Shown: positions 24,266 through 39,279 of the stretch, in pieces
Position numbering within the stretch: position 1 is the stretch's first letter
Layout: every line of letters starts with the position of its first letter
Assembly: GCF_009914755.1 (NCBI RefSeq)
Contig: NC_060944.1
Direction: 5' to 3' (one strand)
Length of the DNA stretch: 64,000 bases
Source: the human T2T-CHM13v2.0 reference genome, Homo sapiens
Program-made: the position numbers and the translations under genes
Notes under the pieces: generated by a model
What the model was told of the DNA's origin: nothing
The model's database searches: none
What the model saw: the letters and a program-made list of their open reading frames with translations, nothing else

Positions 24266-24499
24266 GTGGAAAGCAATTGGGAACATGGGATAACTTGATA
24301 GAGAGTGGGCAGGGGTGAGCAAGGAGCTGTCAGAGAGGGCAGTCCAGGAGGCCTCCCTGAGGAGGCAACCTAGGAATAGGAGCTGCCGGGTGAAGATGCA
24401 GGGGAAGGGTGTCCCAAGCTGAGGAAATGGCAAGGCCCCAAATCAGAAACGAGCTTAGCATACTGGCCCATACGCCTCTAGGATGAATCTAAATGGGAC

Positions 24500-25255
24500 A
24501 AGCACTAATAGTATTAATAAGAATAGGAATAGCAGCTAATGCATGCATAGCACCAACTGCAGGCCAGGCACTGCTCTAGGGACTTGATGCACATCCTCCC
24601 AGCAGCCTCAGGAGACAAGTGTGATCATTGTCCTCATTTTCTGGGCGAGGAAACCAAAGCACAGGGAGATGACGCACTTGGCCCAAAGTCACCCAGCTAG
24701 TGGTGGGGCCAAGATGTTACCCCCTCCGCTGATGATGGCAGTGGCAGGTGGGGGAGGTAGGGCTCATAATGTATTCACCCCTGATGCCTACTGTGCCCTG
24801 CACAGAGCTGCACATGGACACACTGCAGAACCATGAGCAGTAATAACAGGGGCATTCATCCAGCACTAACCCTGTTCCAGGCTCCCTTCTAAGAGTTTTA
24901 AATGGACCAATTCATCTAATTCTCACATCAACCCTATGAGGTGAGGGCTGATTGTCACCATGTGACAGAGGAAGAAACTGAGGCACCTAGAGGTTAAGTC
25001 ATTTGCCTGAGGTTGTGGGCCGGTGAGTGGCTGAGCCAGAATTCAAATCCAGGTTATTTGACGCCAGAGCCCTATTCATAAATGCTGTAAGCATGCACAC
25101 ACTTGTTGGTGCGCACATACACACATGCACATGCATGCACACATAAGATATGGGAATTTAACCCCAGAGAGAGAAGAATTTTTCTACTGGTCACATTGTT
25201 TGTAAGACACAGTACCAGGATTTGATCACAGTCAGCTGATTGCGGAGGCTCCATT
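24500..25255 (-). mobile_element. Cluster of antisense MIR relics
   Basis: aggaaaccaaagcacagggagatg; acagaggaagaaactgaggcacctagaggttaagtcatttgcc; ccagaattcaaatccagg. Confidence 0.75.
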
Positions 25256-25439
25256 GGAAGGGAAGAAAGCAGATGATCAAATTTTGAAATTACAGAGTTC
25301 AGGATTTCATGCTACCCTAGTCCCTACTTGCATGTGATTATAAACCAAAGAGCTGAAATTCACTCACAATTAGTAAGAACACCCTCACGGGTCTCACTGA
25401 CGATGCTCTGCACAGCCTGGAGGTCAGCACTCCTCCCGC

Positions 25440-25600
25440 AGTGGTGTTTGCCTGCTGCAGGCTCCTCATCTGTGAAACGGAGTGGACAGGGTCAGCCCTC
25501 TGCAATGGCTGTTTGGAGCACGACATAACCTGTGTAAAGTGCTTAGAGCCATGCTTGGCACACAGTAAGTGCTCAATAAATGTTTGCTGATATAACAAAT
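25440..25600 (+). mobile_element. MIR 3' part
   Basis: tcctcatctgtgaaacgg...tgtaaagtgcttagagccatgcttggcacacagtaagtgctcaataaatgtt. Confidence 0.75.
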
Positions 25601-26149
25601 GCCCCATGCATAAGTAGTTTACTCCCTAACTCCCCAGCACGAGACAGACCCTGTGTGCCCTCCATAAATAAAAGCTATGGCTGAAATCATTGTTTCTAAG
25701 CCTCATTTTTCCCAGTGCCCAAAGGAACAGTTGCACGTCAACCAGAAAATCCTCCCAGCCTTTGTTTTGCTGTGCTGACCCATAGAATCCAAGGTCACAT
25801 GATTTTTTCTTTCTTTTGTTTGCTGTTTCTTTTCTGTATGGACCAACAACAACAAAAAGATAACAACTGTACCTGGGTTTTGTGTTTTAATAATTTTAAT
25901 AATGCACAGGAAATTGGATGGCTTAGGGACTCTGCGTCAAATGAGTGAGTCATCCTTGTCAACAGACCAAGTGGAAGCATGAGACTCAAGGGCAGGAAAG
26001 AGAAGGGCCCAGGGGATGGAAATTGAATAGTGTGATGGGCTTTAACAATCTAAATTAAATTAAAACTTGTCAGTGCTTTCTTCATATCACAAGTTTCCAG
26101 TTAGAGAAAGAATGGGCCCCTCCAAACAGTGAGTTGAAAAGGATGAATT

Positions 26150-26632
26150 TCATTCTCTGCATCCCCAAGACCAACGAGATGGGCCCTGCCTGTCTCTTCC
26201 ACGACAACTCCACTCTTCTCTCATTCTCGGCCACACTGGCGCTGCTGTTCCCCAAGCATACCCGCATGGCTGTCCCCACCTCCCAGACTTGAACTTGCTG
26301 TTCCTCTGCTGGGACCTTTGCATGTCTGCCTCATCCCCCACATTCAGGGCTTAGCCCTTACAGCAGTCAGAGGGGCTCTCTGCCCCCACTCTGTATCTAA
26401 GGGGCCCACCCTGTTGTCCCCACCCTCCACTAGTCCATGGCCCTGTTACATTTTCCTCATAGCCCTCATCACTACTCTATTTTGGATGCATTCTCAATGT
26501 GCACTCCAGGAGGGCAAGGATCTCATCTTTCCTGCTTGCCTCTCTCTCCCAAACACCTAGAACATACCAGGCACATAGCATAGGTACTGCATACATCCTT
26601 GTTTGGTGAATGAACAAATGGATGAATGAACA
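26150..26632 (+). mobile_element. L2 3' region
   Basis: ctccaggagggcaaggatctc...acctagaacataccaggcacatagcataggtactgc...tgaatgaacaaatggatgaatgaa. Confidence 0.75.
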
Positions 26633-27295
26633 TCTTGGTCACTATCTCTCCAGAGCCAAATAAACCTTTGTAACTGAGTCATTTGCCTAGAACTGCTGAG
26701 TGCTCTTCCTTGAGGCCCATATGAACCCCCATCTTGCTGGTTACTTGACCTGATTGGCAACAGCAACACCCCACAGCAATGGGCACTGTCCATTCTCCAC
26801 CCCACATCCTGGCAGCCCTGGGCCTGCCAGTGTGAAGGCACAGGAGGCAGCCATGGGAACGCGCCACGGAAGTGAAAAACTTTTCCCAGCACCATTTCTG
26901 TGGCCTAGAAAGGCCCTAATGATATTTTCTACTTTTCTTTGCTGAATAAATTGGGCAGCAAATTTCATGCACATGTGCTCAGTGATCACCTATTGATGCC
27001 TTGAACACAGATGTTTGATTCTGGCTTTTTTGGAGCCGTTGCTAGACTGAGAGTTCCATGAGGGCGAGGGTCGTGTTGCATGCATCTTCATGTCTCCCTT
27101 TCATGAGGCAGGAGCTCAGATGACATCTCAGGTGTGACGTCATGTGATGTCATGTGTGTTCTGTGAGAGGGACATGAAAAGCCAACAGAGTCATCTAGAA
27201 AGTTTGGTCACTCTGGGGATTTCCCAATCAGAGCAATCACTTTTTCTTAAGCAGCAGATCTCTGGTCTTACTTTTTTGTTGTTATACAATATTCA

Positions 27296-27602
27296 TTTCT
27301 TTTTTTTTTTTTTTTTAAGAGACACAGTCTTGCTTTCAACCAGGCTGGATGGAGTACAGTGGTATGATCGTGGCTCACTGCAGCCTCAACCTCATGGGCT
27401 CAAGATCTCCTCCCACCTCAGTCTCCTGAGTAGCTGGTACTACAGGCACAGGCTAACACACCTGGCTAATTTTTAAACTTTTTGTAGAGATAAAGTTTCA
27501 CTATGCTACCCAGCCTGGTCTTGAACTCCTAGCCTCAAGTGATCCTCCCACCTCAGCCTCCCAAAGTGCTGGGATTACAGACATGAGCTGCTAGGCCCAG
27601 CT
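27296..27602 (-). mobile_element. Alu (AluJ-like)
   Basis: Antisense dimer with tgatcgtggctcactgcagcctcaacctc. Confidence 0.93.
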
Positions 27603-28150
27603 TGTTAGGAAATAGTTCAAGCCTACAGAAAAATATAAAGAAGAATGTAATGAATATCTGTGATCCCATCGAACCAGCTCAGTGAAAGCTTATCATGCTA
27701 TATTTGCTTCAGATTTTTTTTTCAAAATAAAACACATGGAATGATTAATGTCCCTGGTGCCCCTTCTACCGTCCCTTCTCCCACCGCCCACAGGTCCACA
27801 CTTGGTGCTCCTTGTTCCTCTCCAGGGCTTTATGCTTTGCCACACATATGTGCCTGTAAACATTACACTGTCCAGTTGATGTGTTTAAACCATACATGAA
27901 TGGCTTGTCACTTTCAACAGCTTGCTTTCTTATTTAAACTTAACTCCCATAACACACTCACTGGATGTATATGGAATAACCAAATAAAAGCAGACAAGCT
28001 GTATCATGACAGGACGTGACAAGTAGGAGGGAGGGTAATGAAGTGGGGTACAAGGATGCAGGGGAGACGGGGGAGTGCTCAGGGAAGTGCTATTTGAGAA
28101 GGAGACATTTGAGCAGAGATCTGGATGCAGTGAGGGTGTAAATCTGGCAA

Positions 28151-28245
28151 AAGGCGACCAACCCGTCCCAGCTTTCTGGTGACTTTCCCAACACTGAAAG
28201 TCTCAGGTCCCAAAAAGCTCCTCAGTCTCAGGTGAACCGGAGTAC
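28151..28245. mobile_element. MER81 hAT-Blackjack fossil
   Basis: aggcgaccaacccgtcccagc...cactgaaagtctcaggtccc...ctcagtctcaggtgaaccgg. Confidence 0.65.
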
Positions 28246-28469
28246 CCAGGGAAAGAATGTCAAGAGTAAGAAACATGGAGTGGAAGGGACTTGTGGTGGA
28301 GCGAGTTTGGCCTGTTAGAAGAAGGGCCCCCGAGGCTGAGTGGGGCAAGGAGGGTGGGCAGGGAAGCAGAGGCAGATTTAGTCCACTAGGGAGTGTGGGC
28401 AGGTACATGCACAGTGTATGGGAGCTGACGTGTGGGTTAGATGCCACTGTGAATTCAAATTTTACTCCC

Positions 28470-29220
<751 letters not shown>

Positions 29221-29537
29221 TTGTGTCTTCTGGTTATTTTTGAGAATTTCACAGCAATTACACTCTATATCTGGTAATGAGTTTCAGAAAAGTGCTTTAG
29301 ATGGAAGTTCTGCTCTGTATTAGGAATATGTCCTTCACTGATTAGCATATAAGGATTTTAGGGAGGAGATTCTCTCCCCTTCCCCATCTCCTGATGGCAG
29401 ACCCCGAATTTCTCAGGATGTTCACTTAAAACAGCATATTTCTAAGCCTTGTTTCTAGCTCTACTACGTGAGTGAGGTAATAGTTTCTGCCCTTTCCTTT
29501 TAAATGAGCCATAACTATTTTTTAAAATAATACATTT

Positions 29538-30060
29538 CTCATATATGTCTTCTTTTGAAAAGTGTCTGTTCATGTCTTTTGCCCACTTTTTAATGTTTTT
29601 TTTAATTGTAACAAAGATATGGAATCAATCTAAATGCCCATCAGTGATTGACTGGATAAAGAAAACGTGGTACATACACACTGCAAATACTATGCAGTCA
29701 TAAAAAAATAAATAAATAATAAGATCATGTCCTTTGCAGGGACATGGATGGAGCTGGAGGCCATTATCCTTAGCAAAGTAACACAGGAACAGAAAACCAA
29801 ATACCACATGTTCTCACTTATAAGTGGGAGCCTAAAGATGAAAGCACATGGACACGTAGTGAGGAACAATACACACTGGTGCCTTTCAGAGGGTGGAGGG
29901 TGGGAGGAAGGAGAGGATCAGGAAAAATAACTAATGGGTACTAGGCAGAATACCTGGGTGATGAAATAATCTGGACAACAAACCCCCATGACACAAGTTT
30001 ACCTATGTAACGAACCTGCACTTGTAGCTCTGAACTTAACAAACAAACAAACAAACAAAA
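29538..30060 (+). mobile_element. 5'-truncated, 5'-inverted primate L1 (older L1PA/L1PB type)
   Basis: Sense ORF2 end plus 3' UTR (aagatcatgtcctttgcagggacatggatggagctgg...aacctgcac) with (AAAC)n tail; antisense L1 piece at 29538-29605; TSD-like aatacattt / aatacgttt. Confidence 0.88.
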
Positions 30061-30725
30061 ATACGTTTTATTATGTAAGTAACCTTAAAATGAGAAAAAA
30101 AATCCAAAGATCAAAGACTGGTTCCTTCCATTCCAAGTAGCCTGACAAGAATATCTAGGAACCAGGAAACCCTAGCTTCCCCCGCAGTCCAGATGGAAGG
30201 AATTGGGCTTACAAAAGACCCCACAGGGTCTCACTGCTAAGACTGTGGTCTGTTCTGTTTATGAGCTTATTCTGTCAAGGCCTGTTGGGTTTGGTTTTGT
30301 TTAAGGTTTAACAGGATTTCAGACTTAGTGGTGGTCTCTTTGGATTTTCTCCTTCTTTTTCCTTTTGATGCTTAAACATACCCCCACGACACCAAAGAAA
30401 CAACCATGGCTGAAAAGACTAGAATTACACAGGATGTAATTCCCTTTCACATAAACGCTGAAGAGTGTCACCCCTGGAGCTGTGACTTTGCTGCAAGGAG
30501 CCGAAAAATGAGGATTTGTTTAAATAAAGACACAGAGTAGGCTACATGTAAGTAGAGTGTGGACTTAAGGACCCCTCCTTGGGGTTGAGGCTTCAAATCC
30601 TAAGCTCCCAAAGGGGACCATTTGAAAAACAAGAATAATTTCTGTTTGGCCAAGTACTGCACTACATAGCTGCATTTGAGAGAAGAGGACTGAGTCTTTT
30701 TAGGTTTGCGAATTCCAGTTTTTCC

Positions 30726-31026
30726 TTTTTTTTTTTTTTTTTTTTTTTTTTAGACAAGGTCTTGTTCTGTCTTGCAGGCAGTGGTGGCTCACTGCAGCCT
30801 TGACTTCCTGGGCTCAAGTGATCCTCCAGCCTCAGCTTTCCATGTAGCTGGGACTACAGGCATGCGCCACTATACCTGGTTAATTTTTTTTATGGTTTTT
30901 TTTTTTAGTAAAGATGGAATCTTGCTATATTGTTCAGGCTGGTCTTGAACTCCTGGGCTCAAGTGATCCTTCCACCTCAGCCTCCCAAATTGTTGGGATT
31001 ACAGGCCTGAGCCACCACGCCCAGCC
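30726..31026 (-). mobile_element. Alu (AluJ-like)
   Basis: Antisense dimer with long T tail. Confidence 0.93.
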
Positions 31027-31029
31027 CTT

Positions 31030-31720
31030 CAGTGTAGTGATCTATGGTGGACATCATACCCTTCTGGGGGCATTTTGGATATTGTGGGGATGGTTTTGGT
31101 TGTGTTTTGATTGGGGACACTGACATTTATTCAATTATTCAATAGGAGTCCAGGGACACTAGAATTCTGCCACATTCAGGACACTCAGACACAACAAAGT
31201 CCCATGACTTATCCATATCCCTTAGAATAATTCATGAGCCTAGAAACTCACTCCATTTTACACAGAACTCTAGGTATTGATGGCAGCTTTCAAAGGACAT
31301 TGAACATAGAGTTTGTAGTCTCTGCCCACAGACACCACTGTTCCTTTTTCCCTAACTGCCTGTGCAGAGTGCTGCTGAGCCGTGTGGCTTCCTGCTCTTT
31401 GATTGGCCTACTCATCACTGGAGGTGCAGACGTCTCGCTGCTTCTGGGGTTTGTCTAGTGTAGCTACACGTAATCATTTTCACATATTTATTATAAGTTC
31501 ATTTTATAGAAGTTATTATTTTGTATTATCTGTATTATTTTATAACAAGCTTGTTCCCTTTTCCCTCTTTTATATTACAATTAAGACATCATCCTGATTT
31601 GCTTTTAGGTTATACATATAGGTAATTCCTATTATTTTTGAATTTCATTTTAGAATAGTAAAGCATCATCATAAGATATCATAAAATACAGTTCAGTCTA
31701 ATAGGGCTGAGGATCGCTGT
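31030..31720. mobile_element. Diverged hAT-Charlie fossil with MER20-like end
   Basis: ggggcattttgga...tttggttgtg...gattggggacactgacattta; terminal gctgaggatcgctg. Confidence 0.4.
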
Positions 31721-31858
31721 TCCCGTGGAACTCTGCTATGGACGTTTGCTAAGAGGCCCAGAATCGGATTTTTCCAGCAAGAACATCCTGATTTTACTGT
31801 GGGGAATATTTATCTACTGGACCCAGTCTTGACGACCTTGATGGGCGGTCTTAGTTTG

Positions 31859-31972
31859 GCAAAGGTTGTTTGCACTGACATTTGAAATCCACCAGAGACC
31901 CAGTGCCAATCAGCATGAGAAGTCATCTTCTCAAAGCATCAGTAATTTATGCAAAACAGCACATTCCCCTTC
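31859..31972 (+). repeat. Local dispersed duplication, partner at 33331-33444
   Basis: Ungapped manual alignment, 104/114 identical. Confidence 0.93.
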
Positions 31973-32059
31973 TATTCCATTTTAGTTCATTTCTCTGTTC
32001 TCCTTCCAGCTCTTTCCATTCCTCCAGAAAGGTCTTTTCTGTTTAATTCCTGGGTAGAG

Positions 32060-32845
32060 ATGGCTCCTTGTACCCCAGTGTCCTTCCCTTCCTTCAGACA
32101 GTGATTTTTAGTTGGGTGCTTGGTCACCTAGGCTAAAGATTGCTGTTCCCAGTCCCCCTGCAGGAGATGTGCCACCTGACCACGATCTGTCCAAAGGGAT
32201 GTGAGAAGTGAGGGATGCAGGTTATGTGTACCCTTAGAGATGAGTCCTGCTAGCCGGACTCTGTGTACCCTTAGATATAAGAGTCCTGCTGGCAGGACTC
32301 TGAGTACAGAAAGGAAGCATCTTGGAGCTTGCTGCCAAAGGTCCTAGCCTAGTGATGGCAAAACAGGAAGACAGGAGGAGCTGGGGTCCCTGACAATGGA
32401 GCCGCCACAGCAGCCCTGGGCCATTGCTTTTGACTATTGTGTGCTAGAGAAATAAACTTCTATCTTAACATACTGTTATTTTGTGTGTGGCAAAGCGTGT
32501 GCTCATCACAAACCCATTTCTTCTTCCTGGATTCACATGGAGACCACATTTCCAGCGTCCTCTGTATCAGGTGCAGGTATGGAGTGTAAGCTTTCATGGT
32601 GGATGCTTCAGGGCATCCAGAACAAAGATGAACGCCCCACAGAGCTATCTTGAGAGCCACAAGCTGAAGGTGGCAGTGCCACAGGAGAGAAGGATCCTGG
32701 GTCCCCAAACCACAGGGGGGCACTCCCTACACACAACCAGGAGCATTCGCTTGGACAATTAGAGGAACAAGAAACAAACCTTTATTTGGTAAAGCCACTC
32801 ACATTTTGGAGTTTGATACCTTGTATGACCTTAATTAATTCAAGT
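32060..32845 (+). mobile_element. Two adjacent old MaLR/ERVL LTRs (MLT1/LTR33-like)
   Basis: gagaaataaacttctatctt...ctgttatttt (first copy); gagccacaagctgaaggtggcagtgccaca...gaaacaaacctttattt..taaagccac (second copy). Confidence 0.6.
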
Positions 32846-33159
32846 TTATGTCCCAGCTCTCTACATCCTAATCAAAGAGCCCTGAGCACACAAAAGAAAA
32901 AGATCTAGGTCTTTCTGGAATTTCTGCATAAAATATTCATAAATTAATTGGTAGAAAGAAACCTGTCAGTCATCCACTTGCACAGCAAATACCCATTGAG
33001 CTTCAACTTGAGCACAGTGGTGACAGAATGGAAAAGGAACCTGTAGGGTCCCTGCTCTCCTGGAGCATATGATGGGGACAGTCAGCGGACAGGTCAGTAC
33101 TGCAGGGATTTTTATGGAAGGAGGTGTGTTAATCGAATTTTCGTGAAACAAATCACATT

Positions 33160-33202
33160 CTGACTTCCTGCCAATGATATAATTTTATTTTCTGCTTTAG
33201 AA
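33160..33202 (+). repeat. Local dispersed duplication, partner at 34587-34630
   Basis: ctgac(t/a)tcctgccaatgatataattttattttctgctttagaa; one substitution and one extra T. Confidence 0.92.
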
Positions 33203-33672
33203 ATCTTTCTTGGTGTAAAATGATGAATGCTTTCATAATATAAGCAACAAATCCCCACTTTTTCTTGTTTCATCTTCTGTAAGTTCTGGATTCTTTGTCT
33301 GGTTTTCTAAAGGCAGTGCACTCTGGTTCAGCAAAGGTTGTTTACATTGACATTTTAAATCCACCAGAGACCTATTGCCAATCAGCATGAAAAACCATCT
33401 TCTCAATGCATCAGTAATTTATGCAAAACAGCCCATTCCCCTTCCACTTTGTTTCAGTTTATTCTGAGGCTCTGGCCAGGCCTCTGTCAAGCCTGGTGGC
33501 ATCTTTCAGGCGTGCACAAATGACCTACAGATACAGGGGTCTCCATTCTCATGGTGAGACTGGGTGAACTCCCAGATGTTCCCAATGCATCCCTTCTGGT
33601 AGGTTTCTCCAGGAAGGTACATCCTGCAGAGCCATCCTTTGGCCTGCACCATCTCATTCTGAATTTCTGGCT

Positions 33673-34199
<527 letters not shown>

Positions 34200-34631
34200 A
34201 CCTAGATAATTAACTTCCTTGGTTTTGCCTAATTGCCCTGGTTTGGGTAATTCTGTAAGTGTGACCTCTGGCTCCTCCTTACCCTGCATCTTGAAGCTGA
34301 ACTTGAGTGGATGGAGTTTCTAGTTCTTTAATGGGAATTTGGCTCAGAGTCAATAGAAAGAAAAGAAAAACACACTTTTTAAGGTTTTATATTTTATTAA
34401 ATTAAATCGGATTGAAAACAAAAAGCAACAGTCCTCAGGTCCTATGTTTTCACCTTCAGTCCATGCCTAGGGTTGACCACTTTTGATAGTTTCAAATTTT
34501 TTGGTGCTTCTGGAACTCTAAATATTAACCTTCAAGTTCTAGCTCTAGACTTGTCAACTTCAGAGAGTGGCTATTGACTAGGAAGGCTGACATCCTGCCA
34601 ATGATATAATTTTTATTTTCTGCTTTAGAAG

Positions 34632-34870
34632 TAGTGGAGCTTATTAGTTCACTTCTCTGAAGCTAAACAGTCTGGATTTGAAATTCCAATACTAATACGT
34701 TCTGGTAAATAAGTTATTTTACTTCTTTTGACCCTCTATTTTTACGTCTGTAATATGGAATAATAATAGAAATGGTCTCATAGTGTCCTTGAGAAGACTG
34801 CATGTGTTAATTCACGTAAAACCAAAGTGAAGAGCTTCTTGTATATAAGAAACAGTCCGTACATGATGAT
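34632..34870 (+). mobile_element. MIR relic
   Basis: acagtctggatttgaaattcc...aagttattttactt...gtctgtaatatggaataataata. Confidence 0.6.
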
Positions 34871-34913
34871 TCCTTTGTTTTTTCTTTCACATTTTAAGTA
34901 ACACTTGAATATC

Positions 34914-35207
34914 TTTTTTTTTTTTGAGACAGGGTCTTGCTGTGTTGTCCAGGTTGGAATGTAATGGCATGATCATGGCTCACTGCAGCCTTGACATCCT
35001 AGGCTTGAGCGATCCTCCCAGCTCAGCCTCCCAATTAGCTGGGACTATGGACCTGTGCCAGCATGCCCAGGTAATTTTTTAAATTATCTGTAGAGAAAGG
35101 TCTCCTTATGTTGCCCAGGCTGGTCCCAAACTCCTGGGCTCAACGAATCCTCCTGCCTTGGCCCCCTAGACTGCTAAGACAATAGGCATGAGCCACTGCG
35201 ACCAGCC
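34914..35207 (-). mobile_element. Alu (AluJ-like)
   Basis: Antisense dimer; TSD-like acttgaatatc / acttgaaagtc. Confidence 0.93.
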
Positions 35208-35349
35208 AAACTTGAAAGTCTTTCTTTCTTCATCCATCTATGGACATAACCCTTGGCTCCCCAGTTACCAGATGATAATACTATAAATGTACACAGTGCC
35301 TACTTTATGTCAATTGCTGTCCTGAGAATTTGACATAAACATTAATTTA

Positions 35350-36545
<1,196 letters not shown>

Positions 36546-37477
36546 GGGATCCAGCCGTTTGCTCCCTGCATCCTGTCATCATGCAACACAGTCACAAATG
36601 GAACTCCAGACAGCAAGACTTCTCCGCGTGCTGCCTAACTCATTCCATGAGCCACCAGTGGCAGGAGGATCACAATTTTGGAAGCATCAATCCAGCCTCA
36701 GGTGGTTTCTACCTCGGGGCCCCGGTCTGCTCACCTTAGTGGACCTGCCTGATGCTGGTGGAGTCTTATTTCCATCTGGGGCCCCTGCACACACTTCGCA
36801 TCTGGCTGTCCCTGCACACAGGGCCCTTCACTGCCTAAAGCTGTGCCCACCCAGGACCACAACCAGCTTCCGGGGCTCCTGCCCCTGCTGGTCTGCCCCC
36901 TCCCTCTTGCTCCCTCAGTTCAGGGCTCTGGTCCTGACAGCTGTCCTCTTAGCTGGAGATGAGAACACAACTGGCATCCACATTCCACCTGGATTTGCAT
37001 AATCAGGCACATTTACTGCCCTCCCTCACTCTGTGCCATAATTACTGACTTGCTCTGCATTCAACACTTTTCAACTCCATACACGTCCCTTCTCCCTCCT
37101 GCATTTTTAAGGTGGTTATTACAGATATGGCAGACACGGCTTTCCCAGACATGAATCTGGCTTTAAAAATGCAAAAAGATCTTTATGCCCATTTATGTAA
37201 TTATTTCTGCCTCTAAAACTGGGGGCACCAGCATGTTTAGTCACTTGAGGGGAGGGGAAGACCTGTAGTGTATTCTCTACAAGCATTTGCCTTTTTAAAA
37301 AATGCACAAGACCCTTGTTTCCTGCATTTTCCCAAGAGGGGAAATACCTCTTGGTCCCTGAGAGTCAGACAGGGTGCCTTGGCCAGGATCCCATGACAGC
37401 TCAGTCCGACAGAAGAGCTTGCAAGGAAGGATGATGCTACCGTCTATGGAAAAGATGAGTGTGCAAATTCTCTAGAT

Positions 37478-37775
37478 CGGGCTTCTCACTTTTTACTGTA
37501 ACCCTCGGTTAGAGATATGTGTTTTATCAGACATGGTGTAAACACACTTGTGCACTTAGAGAGACAGAGAGAGAGAAAAAGCGAGAGTTAGCACAGAAAA
37601 CAACAGTTATCCTTACCACATACAGGCACAGGGCATTTTCTCTTCTATTGCATTCTATCCTATCAATTCTGATATATTTCATTCAATTTCATCTTTTTTT
37701 AATGCTGGCTAGATCAACTGAATTGATTTCATGACTCATTAAGGGGTGGCAGGTGTGGTTTGGAAACTGTGCTGT
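37478..37775 (-). mobile_element. hAT-Charlie fossil (MER112-like), same family as the host of the 60728-61895 array
   Basis: ttttttaatgctgg...actgaattgatttcatgactcattaa...gtttggaaactgtg with internal ctattgcattctatcctat pentamer-like tract; strand given relative to the 60610 copy. Confidence 0.5.
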
Positions 37776-37855
37776 ATGATGGCATTGTCCTTTCATCATG
37801 GAAAGCCAAGCCCCTCCAGATATCTCACTTGACGAGATCCCTAGAGGCAAGCTGA

Positions 37856-38308
<453 letters not shown>

Positions 38309-38344
38309 CAATAATTATTTTTAAAAACGGAGGATGTGATAGAT

Positions 38345-38660
38345 TCGTGCTGTCCGATTCGGCAGCCACAAGCCACAAGCCACAGGCGTCCACTGAGCCC
38401 TTGAACTACGGCTGGTCCAAACTGAGATGTTCTCTAAGTATAAAATACACCCCTGGTTCTGAAGACTTTGCATGCAGAAAGATTGTAAAGTATCTCGTTC
38501 AATAATTTTACTGTTACATGTTAAAATGGTACTTTGGATATACTGGGTTAAATAAATTATCAAAATTAATTTTACGTATTTCTTTTTACTTTTTTTTTTA
38601 AGTTGGCTCTTGGAAAATTTTAAATGATGCATGTGACTCACATGGTAATATTGTGGAACT
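38345..38660. mobile_element. MER33 hAT-Charlie fossil
   Basis: gtgctgtcc...aactgagatgt...taagtataaaatacac...tggatatactgggttaaataa...aaaattaatttt. Confidence 0.8.
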
Positions 38661-38664
38661 GACC

Positions 38665-39010
38665 AACAATCCAAAGAAACCAACTGAAAAAAATTGAGAC
38701 CACTGGGGAAATTTGAAAATGGGGTGTTTGAGGATATGAAAGAAACATTATTAATTATTTTTTAAGTGTGATAATTTTGTTACAAAAAATGTTATTTTTT
38801 AGAAATATTTACAGATGGACAGATGTATTTGAGATTTACTTCCAAGTAACAGAATGAGGGGGCAAAAAAAAAAAACAAGTAGGGGATGGCTGTAGCTGAA
38901 ACCAGTTTGGCCACAGGGGCTGAGGCTGGGTGATGGGTATACAAGGCTCACTCCATCATTCCTTTTACTTTTGCATGTTTGAAATTTTCTAAAATCTGAA
39001 ATAAAATTTT
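38665..39010 (+). mobile_element. L1M 3' fragment
   Basis: gagaccactggggaaatttgaa...gctgggtgatgggtatacaagg...tgcatgtttgaaattttct. Confidence 0.7.
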
Positions 39011-39279
39011 GAAAAGACTGGAGAAATTTACTACATTAAAAAATCATAGACAAAACCAAATCAAACCCCAAACAGACAGCATATGTGATCAGTGTGGCAG
39101 GTTGTGTGGCTGTAATGGTGGATTCTAGAGTGGGACAGTCTGGGTACGGATCCAGACATTGCCCCTCACCTGTAAGCTGTGTGACCCTGGGAGAGTTATG
39201 TAACCTCTCTGTGCTGCAGTTCCCTCCTTCGTGAGTGGGGATAAGAATACTGTATCTATACAGTGGGGTCAGGGTACTC

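Noticed and set aside
29727-29930. ORF MSFAGTWMELEAIILSK...
   Set aside because: This is the C-terminal remnant of L1 ORF2 in a truncated element, not a host gene
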